A DNA stretch of 64,000 nt from the human T2T-CHM13v2.0 reference genome, Homo sapiens, in assembly GCF_009914755.1 (NCBI RefSeq), contig NC_060936.1; one strand, written 5' to 3'. Below are positions 14,272 to 30,645 of the stretch, in pieces. The position numbers and the translations under genes are program-made. Below the pieces are notes generated by a model. It did not search any database and was not told where the DNA came from. It was given only the letters and a program-made list of their open reading frames with translations. Position 1 is the first letter of the stretch. Each line of letters opens with the position of its first letter.

Positions 14272-14826
14272 CTACAAACTAGAAGGTGCAGTTATTAAGA
14301 GGACACCAAGATACAGATTCTTTTTACCCAAAAGTATTCCTAACCCAGGACCTCCCAAACTCATCTACTCAATAAACAAGCCTAATAATCATAATAATAA
14401 TAATGGCAAAAGGTAATATTGAGATAGGTAAAGGTAATAGAGCACACAACTAGAGCGTTTGCTGAACCTGTCCCCTAACCTATGAAATGGATATAATGCC
14501 CTTTCCTGCCTACCTCACAACTTTAGTGAAGAATCCCAGGAAATAAATATAAGGCAAACACACTTTGAAAATGTGAGAATGCTTAGCATTACTGTGGTTA
14601 TGTAAATTTTAGAGGCCACTGTTCAACATAATTGTAAATGGGCTAGGTTCTGTGCTAAGGAAGCTTCTGTAGGAATATTATCCAGTTATGCCCTCTTAAT
14701 AACCCTATGGGGCACTATTCTTACCCCCAGGTGAGAGAGGAGGTATTTGGGGGCTCAGAGAGGTTAAGTAACTTACGTAAGGTTACCCAGCTGGGTACTG
14801 GCAGAGCCAGAAGTTAATTCTGGGTC

Positions 14827-14890
14827 TGTTTATTAAACATAGTTTATTAAACATATAAACATCAATAGGTTTATTAAACATATAAACATC
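14827..14890. repeat. Nested tandem/palindromic micro-duplication (GTTTATTAAACATA...)
   Basis: Three GTTTATTAAACATA units; two perfect 22-mers at 14842-14863 and 14869-14890. Confidence 0.9.
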
Positions 14891-16257
14891 CAATGCCTGG
14901 TCTTCCTGACCCCATGATTATAGTTGCCCCTCATGAAGAATTTCACCATTTTCTTACTCTTTCATCAGGGTGCTCCTAGATTTAAGACGAGCCTTGGTTT
15001 TTATGGCAGAAAGTTGCTATGGAGATACAGTGTGCATCCGTCTTCAGAAATGCACAGAAAAAGCAGCAGGAGCTACAAACCTTTAAAAAAAGTCCTTCAG
15101 GGATATTCACCACTAAAATTGGAGGAGGGGAGGGGGAGAATGAATAGCTGTGCTTGAACTCTTGCAAAACTGAATTCAAGTTTGTGGGTCAAATCCTGGG
15201 CTGCAGCACGTTCCACTCTGGGCATGGGGGAGCACTCAATTAGGCTGCAGGAGACCTGGCTCAGCCATGCTGACTCAGTTCACTGTGTGACCTCAGACAA
15301 ATCCTTTCCCCTGTTCTGGGCCTCAGTTTGTCTACCTATAAAATGAGGACTTTGAAGGAGGGAATCCAACCAGCTCCCACAATACTCTTCTTTTCCCCTG
15401 ATACTCTTCTGTATGTCTAGGCAGTGTTCATAGGGGCCAGGCAAATTGTGTTATTAATAAAAGAAAAGATCAGGCTGAGTGTGATACAGTAGGGAGTGGT
15501 GGAGTCTGTGGCAAACTGGAGCACTCCTGCACAGCTAAAGGGAAGAACCTCTGTGCAGCTTTAGCTCATTTTGCCTTGTGAGAATGGGAGCCCAGAGCTT
15601 ATCATTTTCAAAAGAAACAAAAAACTTACATTTTTATATAAAAGTCTCCCAATTTGTAAAATCCTGGGTAGCTAAACATGTCTCCCCATGGGCCACCAGT
15701 CTGCAACCCCTACTTCACAGAAAGTGTAAGGAACCTTTCAGCAAATTCTTTTCCTCCGTTGCCAAAAATCAATCCCTACTGAGATGGAACATAGCAACTG
15801 GTTAACACAACTGCTGAGTGAAATATAAAAAATAGAGAAGCAGCATTTAGGGATTTAAGTCAATTCAGAGAGGTTCAGTTCAATAAAAGGCAAGCCAGTG
15901 CCTGTCACATCTTCCCCCTACATTTTATTTTTCTGCCAGTTTCAATTAATCACAAGTGTCAGCCCTTCACTTTGGATTTCCTGGCTAGGATGGTTAATTA
16001 AATTTTAATTAATGGCAACTTTGGGAGCATAAGATGAAATCCTAGCTCAAGGAAGACACCCCTGGATATGGAAGGCTCTTCTGAAATTGTCCCAGGCTAT
16101 CCCCTAGGTTTTATAAATGAGGAAACTGAGGCAGGGCAGAGTGACATATTCAAGGCCCCCCTGAGGTACCCTGACTCTGACTCCAGTGCTCACTGCAAGA
16201 TTCCAAGCTGCCTCATGCCACCATCTGTCCACCCTTCAAAAATTACATTGATTTTAC

Positions 16258-16565
<308 letters not shown>

Positions 16566-18436
16566 TTACGTTGATCTGAAGAGCCTGGTTCCTAGAGTCA
16601 GGAATTCATATTGTTCTAGATAAAATGGAAAGAGGCAACTTCTACATGTTTCATCCCTGAGCTCTGATATCATCTCTCCCCAGAATGACAAAGAGTAGAG
16701 GGGCCTTCTGTCAGTTTTGCAAGCTCTTGACCAGTTGCAGTGTCAGGACAACAGGATCATTGTACCAAGCTCCTAATTTATCAAAGGAGAGGACATGCCT
16801 GCTTTGGGTGCTTGGCATTTCTTGATCAGTCATTTTGTAACTTGCATGGCCTCTTGAAGATCTGGTTAAATCCAGTTCAAATTCCATTTCTCCAGTCTAT
16901 CATATTCTGAAGCATTCTGTCGTTTGTATAGAATTTCACTGAAGATTTGAGAGAGATGAGGCAGGCACAGGGAGAGATCATATGTTAAGGCCCACAGCCT
17001 CTCCCTCCTCTTCCCCAACCTTCTCCCTCTCCTGTGCAACCAAGAAATCCCTCCCCTCTTCTAGTGCAAGAAGGTTCCACCCATAGTCAGTGCCCTACAA
17101 GGTAGCCATTCAAAATATTGCTTCTGATCACATACAGTGGACTCCCTGAAATGAATTCTGCTGAATACAATTCTCTCCACCCTGCGCAATGTGTATTAAA
17201 TGTTGGTGTGGTCTTCAATGCTGTCTCTTCTCCCTATCACCTTTCCCAGGGTGTCAAACACTACGAATTTCATCTAAAGAAAACACCAGTCTATCCATCA
17301 AGAGCTTTCATTGTAAATGTGCTCAGATAAAATTATTTCTATTAAGTGAATATAAACTATAGCCCACTCTGTGTTGAGCTCTTTCTCTGGGGCATCTGAG
17401 GGCCTATTCTTCCCCCTTGTAAACCTGGCATTTTAGATGTCATAAAGATTCATTAGCATGGGATAAAGGGCATTTTCGATGTCACTGAAAAAAAACTTTT
17501 GAAGTATTTTGAAGCCAGGCATAGTAATGAGCTTTGGCATTAACCTAACTTAGGTCTGAATTCTGGTTCTGCTATTTTCTTGCTGTGACCTTGAGGAGGT
17601 TAGGAAGCCTCGCTGAAACTTGGATCATGAGTTATACGAGGACATAACCCCAAACAGTGCATTCTGAAGTGACACCAATCTCACAGGAAGGTACACACAG
17701 ACACACACACAGACAGTCTGTGTGTACTCTTTCTTACTCCTTTCCTTCTAAAAATCCACAGGACTTTCCCTACCTACCTCTCAATTCCTTCCAGAACTTA
17801 TCATCCAATTCTCCTAGCCCACTACAACCGTGGCTCCTCCCCCAAGAATGCCACTGCACCAGACAAATCTGCTTCCTCCCACTCACATCCTAAATGTCAG
17901 GCCTACAATTTCCCTATTCTGTGTTCTTTAGAAAACCTCCATGATTACAAATTATTCTTTGAGGCCCAGGTGTCAACTGGGGGACTAGGAAGTGTACACA
18001 TGGAATTTGGAGCCAAAACCAAGATGTGGTTAAAAAATTAGACCCATCCTCATACACAGTTTGAAAATCAACTCCAATAGTTATTACAAAAGAAAAGTCA
18101 AAACCTGTTCTGGGCCTTGACATCATCATGGAAAACACGTTTGGCTTCCTATGGTGACTTCTTGGGCAACCATGAGCTCGTTCAATAGAATATACTCCAC
18201 CACATTTGCTTTAAATAATACACATTTTAACATTATCTCGATTTGTGACAAAAGGTCACTCCAGATCCAGAATATATCTCATGGTGTTTGGAAAGAGCCA
18301 GAAGGAATTCACAGTCAGACCCAGGCTTTGCTTTTGTCTGCTGTCCCTCCCCACCTTCCTCCTTCCCTCCTTTCTTTCTTTCTTCCATCTTTTTCCCCCT
18401 CCTTCCTGAAACCTCTCTTTCTTCTCTTTCCTTTAG

Positions 18437-18671
18437 ACCAAGAAATTCAAAATTCCCACAATGCGAGTCACCAACCGCAAACCAAGCCGGCGAGGCTCCA
18501 CACTCAGTCTGAGTCGGGCCAGTGGGGGGTCCTCTCCCCAGAGCAGCATGATCTCTGTGAACCCTGGCTCGGATGAGCCCCCAAGTGTGAACACCCAGGT
18601 GACCAGCAGCAAGGACATTGAGGACAATGAGTCATCTTCAACCAAGCCAGATGAAGAACCTCTGTATATGA
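18437..18671 (+). CDS. CCDC60: CCDC60 coding exon (235 nt), Ser-rich: TKKFKIPTMRVTNRKPSRRGS...DEEPLYM
   Basis: ~90-nt pyrimidine-rich tract + ctttag| acceptor, a|gtaagt donor; matches ORF 18461..18721. Confidence 0.93.
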
Positions 18672-18941
18672 GTAAGTCCTACCTGAGATCTGACTCATCT
18701 ACCCTGACCCTTTGCCTTTAAGCCAGACATCAAGAAACCCTCCTGCCTCAAGTCCACCTCCACTCATTTAAAGGTGACATGGGATCCCGCATCCTTGTTC
18801 AATTTCCTTGGACCTCTTTGTTTTCCCCAGTGGAGATCAGAAATATACTCCATAACTTGGGTTGCCCCAAGCCATTTCTCCTACAGAGACAGCCTGTGGT
18901 CACCAACTGCCCTTTTCTAATTTTAAAAATATTTTTATTTA

Positions 18942-19230
18942 GGCTGGGCACTGTGGCTCATGCCTGTAATCCCAGCACTTTGGGAAGCTGAGGCAGGCAG
19001 ATCATTTGAGGTCAGGAGTTTGAGACCAGCCTGGCCAACATGGTGAAACCCTGTCTCTACTGCAAATGCAAAAATCAGCTGGGCGTGATGGCACACATCT
19101 GTAGTCCAAGCTACTTGGAAGGCTGAGGCAGGAGAATCACTTTAACCTGGGAGGCGAGGTTGCAGTGAGCTGAGATCATGCCACTGCACTCCAGCCTGGG
19201 CCACAGAGGAAGACTCCATCTCAAAAAAAA
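18942..19230 (+). mobile_element. AluS
   Basis: Alu consensus. Confidence 0.93.
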
Positions 19231-19359
19231 GCATTTTTTTAAATTTAGCCCAGTTTATACAGAACATTATCATTTCAATGTGTAACCAATGTAAAAATTA
19301 TTAATGAGATATTTTATATCCTCTTTTATACTAAGTCTTTGAAATTCGGTGTCTACTTT

Positions 19360-19620
19360 TTTAAACAGCTTTATTATTGAGATATAATTTACATACCATA
19401 AAATTCGCTTATTTTAAATGTGCAATTCAGTGATTTTTAGTAAACTTGGAGTTGTGTAACCATCACCACAATCTAATTTCAGAACATTTCCAACCACCTG
19501 AAAGAAAACCTTCTGCCCTTCTTACCCAGAGCCCCCAGGCAACCACAAACTTGCTTTCTGTCTCTACTGATTTGTCTTTTCTGAACATTTTATAGATGGA
19601 AGTTGTACCACTCTGTGATC
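19360..19620 (-). mobile_element. Old L1M 3'-end fragment
   Basis: cagctttattattgagatataatttacataccata...gttgtgtaaccatcaccac motif. Confidence 0.65.
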
Positions 19621-19690
19621 TTCACCCTGAAAAAGTCTTTTCAGTGGCTCAAAATATGAGGGAGACAAGTCCCTTAAAAATATCCAATTA

Positions 19691-19995
19691 GGCCAGGCAT
19701 GGTGGCTCATGTCTGTAATCCCAGAACTTAGGGAGATGGAGGTGGGCAGATCGCTTGAGTTCAGGAGTTTGAGATCAGCTTGGGCAACGTGGTGAAACCT
19801 CATCTCTCAAAAAAAAAAAAAAAAAAAAAAAATTAGCCATGCATGGTGGTGTGTGCCTGTGGTTCCAACTACTCAGGAGGCTGAGGTGGGAGGATCGCTT
19901 GAGCCTAGGACGTAGGGGCTGACGTGAGCTGTGATTTGCTTCTTCACTGCAGCCTGGGCAATGGTGCAAGACCCTGTCTCAAAAAGAGAAAAGAA
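19691..19995 (+). mobile_element. AluJ with expanded middle A-tract
   Basis: Alu consensus; ~A24 in linker. Confidence 0.92.
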
Positions 19996-20760
19996 GAGAA
20001 GAAGGGAAGGGGGAATGGGGAAGGGAAGGAAAATAGGAAAATTCATTGAAAGCTATGAGCCCTCACACAAGAAAAAAATTCAAACACACACATATACACA
20101 ATTTTGCACAATATTTTGAGTGGGGTGCTGTGGATCTCTACTAGATAGAATCATGACTGGATTCCATAAGTCACATAAAACATTCATTTTCAGAACTTTC
20201 TGGCTTGAGCTTGTATAGTAAAAGGAGATAGGAAAAGCAAGAGAAGGATCCAGAAGGATTCATACAGAAAGATGGAGAAGGTAGAAAGAAGAGAGGGTAA
20301 GACAGGGACATGAAGGAGGAGTGGCCTACCACAAAATTCTTGACTCTGATGCACGGGACATCTTCCTGCTTCCTCCCCATCTGCTGTGTCCCCTCAGTGG
20401 TGTCCAGCGACAGAACTGAGACAACACTGGCGGCCAGTGTTCTCTCTCACACCATCTGGAATGCCTGTGGCAGCCGAGGCTGGGCTGAGTGACAAGGATT
20501 GTGTGTCGCATAGATTCAAGGAGGCGAAAAAGGAGGTCAAGGCAGACCAAGAATCTGTGTGGGGCCCTGATGTTCAAAGATGGAAGTGAGCAGAAGTGCA
20601 AAAGTCCACTGGGTGGTCAGGGTTCAGAGTAATGACTGCCAACAGGAAAAATCCCCACCGCCCCTGCCTGTCAACAGGGGGCTGGGAAAGGTCCCAAGCC
20701 CCGAAAAGCTGTTTTCTGAACAGAAGAAGTAGTATCTGAGATGGGAAGAAACTAAGATAG

Positions 20761-21126
<366 letters not shown>

Positions 21127-21237
21127 TAACACATACTTTTTGAGCACCTACTGTGCACCGAAAACTGAGTTACTTGAGTACCTGCCCTTCCCAAACTTAA
21201 ATTTTAGAAGAGACAAATGATAAATAAGAAATCCCTA

Positions 21238-21545
21238 GGCTGGGTACAGTGGCTCATGTCTGTCATTCCAATATTTTGGGAGGCCAAGGCAGGAGGATGG
21301 CTTGAGTCCAGGAATTTGAGACCAGTCTGGGCAAAATAGTGAGACCCCATCTCTACATGGAAAATTTTAAAAATTAGCCAGGCATGGTGGCACATGCCTG
21401 TAGTCCTAGCTACTTGGGAGGCTGAGGTCGGGGGATCACTTGAGTCCAGGATTTCAAGATTGCAGTGAATTATGGTTGTGCCACTGCACTCCAGCCTGGG
21501 CAACAGAGTGAGACCATGTCTATAAAAATAAAGTAATAAAGAAGA
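21238..21545 (+). mobile_element. AluJ
   Basis: Alu consensus. Confidence 0.92.
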
Positions 21546-21552
21546 AAGTTAT

Positions 21553-21945
<393 letters not shown>

Positions 21946-22674
21946 TTAGCAAGGGTGATCAAGGGAGCCTCTCTCAGGTCTGATGTTTGAACTGAGACCT
22001 GAAGACCTGAAGCTGAGGAGGGAGGCAGGGGCCAGAGCACGCAGGGCCTTTGTGGAGCAAGTAAGACTTCAGAATTATTCCAGGTGCAAGAGGAAGTATC
22101 TGGAAAGTTTTCAGTACAGGAGGGACTAGACCTGATCTACTTTTCCAAGGTGTTCTTGTGGTTATTGGTGTTATATCCATGTCTTCATTTTTTTTTTCAA
22201 CTCTAAAAGCTTTGCTCTTAAATAAGAAGAGTAGAGCGATAGCCCAGCTTCAAGGCCCCACCCCAGTCCCAGAGCTTGCCCATGGTTCTCCTGGGGCAAA
22301 CTGAACACTGGCGCTGGTGGCAGAAGGGAGTAGCAGAGGAAGGAGACTTTGCAATGAGGGGAGGGGTAAATGGAGCATCTCTCTAGGCACCTGCAACACT
22401 GCAGGCATGTCCCCAGTGGCCACCTTCCTCTCACATCCAATCACTCACCTGCTCTGATCAGTGCTGTCTCCTAAAACTCCCTCAAACCCTACCCTCTTCA
22501 CACCTATTGCTTTTGTCTTGAAGATAGAAAACTAGGGGCACATACGGAGATCCTCACACTTATGTTTTGTTTAGCATACACAAAAATTTGTGTTTTTTTG
22601 AAAAGTAGCTGTGACTTTTAAAGATTAAGATGTTTTACCTAAAACATCTGACTTTTTACAAACAAAACACTCTT

Positions 22675-22805
22675 GGCCAGATATGGCAGCTCACACTCGT
22701 AATCCTGGCACTTTGAGAGGTCAAGACAGGAGGACCACTTGAGGCCAGGAGTTCGAGATTAGCCTGGCTGACATAGCCAGACCCCATCTCTAAAGATAAA
22801 ATAAA
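22675..22805 (+). mobile_element. FLAM / Alu left monomer
   Basis: Single Alu monomer with short A-rich tail. Confidence 0.8.
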
Positions 22806-22996
22806 TTACTCCTTGTGGTAACAGTGGGCCTGCAACCCTGAATGACAACAATCAACTGGAGCTTGGTCCCTTTAAGTAGGGTTTGTGTTCTCCAGTTTTC
22901 CACAGTCTTCATCACTCCCTATTGCCCCACTAATTGCTCTGGTTGGCTGAGTGTGTGACCATTTACTATCACATTTGCCCTATTTTTTTCTTTAGA

Positions 22997-23029
<33 letters not shown>

Positions 23030-23038
23030 GTGATGATA
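22997..23038. repeat. (TGA)n microsatellite
   Basis: Directly visible. Confidence 0.9.
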
Positions 23039-26000
23039 AAACTATAACTAACACTTAAAAGTATTTTTGTATCAGCTCCTTTGTATGTACATTAATTCAT
23101 TTAATCCTCACAAGAACTTCTTCATGCCTATTCTGCTGATGAGAACATTGGGGCACAGAGAGGTTAAGTTATTTGCCCTAAGTCACAAAGCTAGTGAGTG
23201 ATGAAGACATAATTTGAACCCAGGAAATCTGGCCCTCAAGTCAGACTTGATTGCTCTGCTTTACCCAAGTCTTCAGGAAAAAATAAAAAATAAACGATGG
23301 ACCAAGAGAGCAAATTGATTTTTTTTTACATCAACTTGTGTCACTCATTTTTGGTACCTGGCCCCTGAAGGCCACCTGAGTTTTGGACTTCTGGTCTAGA
23401 ATCTCTTCACTTCTCACCTAGAAAACAACAACAGCCTCCTAACTAGTTTCCCTGCTTCTTGTCCTGCCTTTACCCACTTACTTTTCTCCATGTTGAGTCA
23501 GAAGGGACTTTCTAAATGAAAAATCTGATATAGTTCTCTCTAGCTCAACATCTTTCAATGACTCTGCCTTTTCTCTAATACGTTACCTCTGATCTTGCCC
23601 CAGGCTGCCCAGGTCAGCTCTTGCTAGTTCACACCTTAGGTGGGGCACTCCAACCTCATCAAAACACTTTCTTCTTTTTAAACAATGCACACTCTTGTAT
23701 GACTCTCTCTACTTGAAATGCCTGTTCATGCTTGACCCTTCAGTCTGGTGGACTCCTGCTGAACCTTCAAGACCCAGTTCAAATGTTCCCTCCTCTGTGA
23801 AGCCTTCTCTGATTCACCCAGGTTTCCTCTTCTCTTGTCTCTTAGTAGTTGGTATTTGCTTTTATTGAATTATTAATTTTAACTTAAAATGCATCTCACT
23901 GTATCCAGTAGGCCCTTCTCATGGCTCAGTACAGAGACCTAAAAAGCAGTGGCTTAAAAAAAGATAAAAGCTTATTTTTTGTACAGATTAAAGAAGATCA
24001 GTCCAGGGCTGGTAAGGTGGCTTCCATAGATCATCAGGAATCCTACTTCCCCCACTTTCTTCTGTGTCATCCTTAACATCACTTCATAATCCACTATGGC
24101 TGCCAGAACTCCAGCCGTCACACTCACATTCTAGGATGGAAGAAAAAGGAAGTAAGCAAAGTACGAAAGTGCCCACTCCCAGCTGAGTTTAAGCAATCCT
24201 CTCAGGAGCCCCATACCACACTTCTACTAAAATCTCATTGCCCAGAACTTAGTCACAGGGCTATGCCCAGCTGCAAAGGATGTTGAAAAAATGAGCTAGC
24301 AAATGCTTCCCCTTGTATGCATAGAAAGAATCACAGTTCAATTACTAAGAAAGAAGGGGAAAAGGAATGTGAGCTCCCCACAAGTGTGCAACAGTAACAT
24401 CTTATTTACCTTCATCCTAGCACACAGTAGGAACACAAAAATGACTGAAAAAAAATGAATTTCCTCTGGGAGGAAAAGTTTGCTACTTTAGCCTCCCAAA
24501 CCTTTTCCTCCATTTATACCTTAACCTCCATCCAATTTGTCACAGCCTTGACAAAAGTAGATTAATTTCCCAGCCTCTCTTGCCTTCTAAAACCTCCTCA
24601 AATTGATTCTGAATTCAGGAGTCCTATTCTAAGAGACATACTATTTGACCAAGGTCTAATTTCCAAGGTTTCTGCATAATGAAGTCTTTGTTGATGCAAA
24701 TCACTGGAGACAGCAGGTTGCAGCCTCTATGGGGAATGATCCCCTCCCCAAATCAATGGCAGGGAGATTCCCAAGAAACAAAAGCCCAGGCTACTCCTCC
24801 TGCTGGTCTTGAAGCTCTGAGTCTTGGAACTATTAGAGGAGAAACTCACTTAAATAATAACTCAAAAACATGAGTCCTATGCCATCTCATGTTTCCCTTC
24901 AAACCAGCCCCGTACAACAAAAAGACTTCCTCTATTCCCCCTCCCCAAAAAGAAGAAATGGATTTAGGCATTCAAGGGTGAGATTCTTAGACAGGCTGGG
25001 CATGGAAGATGGAGAAAGGAAGTCAGGATTTTTTTCTCTGGGGATATAATTTGACATTTGGTGCTCTAGAAGGACTGCTTGATGTGCCAGGTCGCTGTGG
25101 TCATTTGCTGATATCCATATCCACCCAACCTTAGGCTTGTTTGCTTATGAGTTGGGGGTAGGAGTGGTAGAGCAGTCAGATGTTGCTGCTTGGTTCTAAA
25201 GAGAAGGGAAGAAACTTGGAGAACCAATCACAGCTCCCTTGCTAATAGGCTTCTGGACACACTCCAGAGATTCTAGGATCTGTGGCTCTAGGGAAGGTTG
25301 GCATGACAAGACAAAAATAAAGGTCAAGTTCAGGTTAAATGGAATCATGCCCACAAATTGAGAGCTGGAGTAGAAAATGGCTTAATGCTGACATTTATCA
25401 CAGCCTAGATGGCTCCAAAGTCACTAAGGAAGGCATTCTTTCCCTAGCACCCAGTAATTGCATTAATATGCAAAGGTGGATGTACACAACACACAAATGG
25501 TCTTGGGAAGCACTGGGCTTCACGCTTCCCTTCCAGGTATGGCTTTTGACGCCTGAGCTTGAGCCAACTGCAGGTACCCACTAAGGAATGAGGTGTCTGC
25601 ACTGGTATTGTCATCGTTCATCGATATCCAAATCTAACTCATAGTCCCAAATCCTTCCTTCTATTTCCTCCCTAGTTGTTCACTTTTACGTTTAGCAACT
25701 ATTGACTGAGACCCCATGTGCTAAGCATGCTGCCAGGTGCTATCAATAAAAAGACAAATAAAATGTGGCCCCTGACATCAAGGAACTCACAGCCTGAGGA
25801 GAAGACCTGCAAGTGAACAGAAACTGGCTATCACATGAAATCAATGCTGTGATGGGGGTCAGAAGGACAGTGTGCTGCAGGAGTCCACAGGTGGGCACCC
25901 TACCAGGTGCAATGGACGGAGATGGGAAGATAGCATTCTTCCAGAACCCCAGAGGAGGGAGGAAAATGTGATAGATCTATCAAAAGTGCATGAAACCAAC

Positions 26001-26973
26001 ATCGGCCACACTGCTCTCTGTTCTGAGATGGTGCAAGCCACCAATATTTCCCACAAAGACAGAAAATAAAAATCAAAAATTATTTTATCCAGTGGAGACA
26101 GCCATCTAGCATATTTGTTCATTTTGAGATGCAATCAGGTTGCACCACTAAGAATATGTGTTTAAGGCTCTCCCTTTGGTTGCTCACGTTCCAGTAGTTG
26201 GCTGTCATAGTTTTCTTCTTAGTTCCTGGGATTATTTAAAAACCATCTCAAAAGTCTCCTCTCTTTTATTTCTTGACATATCTCTGATCTCCAATGGCTC
26301 TCTGTCTGTGTATTTTCTCCTCTTCTCACTCCAAGTCCCTTCTTCCCAATTCTTGTTCATAAATCTGGGGAGAAATTCTGGTGTAGTCACAGTCATCAAG
26401 GGACAACCTCACACTGTGATGTTTCAGCACCGTGGACAGCTACAAACATTAGGAAAAAGCGGTCCCAAAGCTCGTGGTTTTGTATCAAAGCAGATTCCAC
26501 GTTAGGGAGTGGGAAGAATTGAGATATCCAGGGATTTGCAAATATATATCCACATAAGACAGGACCATTCACTTCCACTCTCCCACTTTTCTTGAGGCAC
26601 GTAACTTACTCCATCTCTATTTCATTTTCCAACTTTTTGGAGTGTCAGTGTGTGCGTTTCCTACAGCTGCTGTAAAATTTCTGACAACAGAAACTTATTG
26701 TCTCACAGTTCTGGATACTAAACATCCAAACCAACATGTCCATAGGGCCATGCATCTTCCGAAATCCATAGGAGAGAATAGTTCTCTCCTTTTCTGGTGG
26801 GTGCTGGCAATCCTTGGCATTCCTTGGTTCATAAATGCATCACTTGAATCTAGAGCCCGTGTCATCACATAGCCACCTTTTCCCTATATATCTCTCTTTC
26901 CTACTTATAAGGACACTAGTCATTGGATAGAGGGTTCATCATACCCCAATATGATGTCACCTTGACTTAACTA

Positions 26974-28523
<1,550 letters not shown>

Positions 28524-28682
28524 CATTACATCTGCAGTGACCCTATTTCCAAATAAGGTCATCGACTGAGGTCCTGGTGATTAGGACTTCAGCATATCTT
28601 AGCAGAGAGGGTCACACAATTCAACCCATAACAGTCAGGTATGAATAAATATTTCCATACTATACAAAAATCAACAATATTC

Positions 28683-29052
<370 letters not shown>

Positions 29053-29426
29053 TAGAGAGCAGTCGCCTATCTAAAGGCATGTCCAGCATGCAGCAGGAAT
29101 GGGGGCAGTGTAGTCCCATCTCAGACTCCTTTCTAGGGAAGCTGGAGGTCTGGATTTTCATGTGAAATCTTCCAGTGTTAAAAGATTGGCATCCACATGG
29201 AATCAAATAAAACACATTTGTAAGCTGAATTCAGCCTGTGGATTGCTGGTTTAAAACTTCAGGCCTATGGAGATCAGAGAAGGTTTCCTGAGCAAGATGA
29301 TTTATTCTCAGCTTTGGAAACAGTTCTCTCTGGCTGCAGTAGAGTTTAAGGTGGGGAAGGGAAGGGAGATGAAATGGGGGATAAAAAGAGAAGCTGGATC
29401 CTGGCAGGCCTCACAGGCTGTGTTGA

Positions 29427-29746
<320 letters not shown>

Positions 29747-29976
29747 AAACGTAACACAGAACCACTGATGGGTTTTAAGCAGGGGCGTGGCATGGTCAGA
29801 TTTGCAACATGCCCAACACTATCAGCCACCTCTTCTGGACCCCAGTGGAATCTCTCTCCAGATCTCCAACCCTCAGGAGCAGAGGTGACCCCAGTTTGGG
29901 GGGCTGCACCCTGTTCTGCACAATCCTGTCTCAGGGGTGGCTTCTGGTCAAGGGTGACCTCTCATATTCTCATCAG

Positions 29977-30061
29977 ATCTGCAGAAGCTCCTGGAGATGG
30001 TTCGGGAAGATGCCCGGAGGACAGTCACAATAGAAAATGGGATGCAAAGAAAAGCACCCAG
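29977..30061 (+). CDS. CCDC60: CCDC60 coding exon (85 nt): (N)LQKLLEMVREDARRTVTIENGMQRKAP(S)
   Basis: ttctcatcag| acceptor, cag|gtatgt donor; phase 1 in, 2 out. Confidence 0.92.
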
Positions 30062-30344
30062 GTATGTGCTCTTGACTCCTGGGGCAAATAAAGCTTAGAA
30101 TAATAGCAATCACATTAACAGTAGTAGTTGCCAACTGTTGAGCATTTTCTCTGTGACAGGCACTGAGCTGTGTTGTTTATGTGTATCACCTCTCTGAGTT
30201 CTTACAATAATCCTACAAGGTAGGTACTATTATCTTTATTTTACAAATCAAGAAATGAGGCTCAGAGAGCCTATGTGACTAGTTCAAGGTCACTCAGCTA
30301 GTGAATGATAAGGCCATGACTCTAATCTAGACCTTTCTTACCAA

Positions 30345-30645
30345 TTTATTTTTGTCTCTGAGACAGGGTCTCGCTCTGTTGCCCAAGCTGAAGTGCAGTG
30401 GCACAATCATAGCTCACTGCAGCCTCCAACTCCTGGACTCAAGTGATCCTCCCAACTCAGCCTCCCACGTAGCTGGGACTACAGGCACACACCACCACAT
30501 CTGGCTAATTTTTTTTTTATTATTATTTTGTAGAGACAGGGTCTCGCTATACTGCCCAGGCTGGCCTCAAACTCATGGCTTAAGTGATCCTCCCACCTCG
30601 GCCTCCCAAAATGCTGGGATTACAGATGTGAATCACCATACCTGG
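30345..30645 (-). mobile_element. AluJ
   Basis: Alu consensus. Confidence 0.92.
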
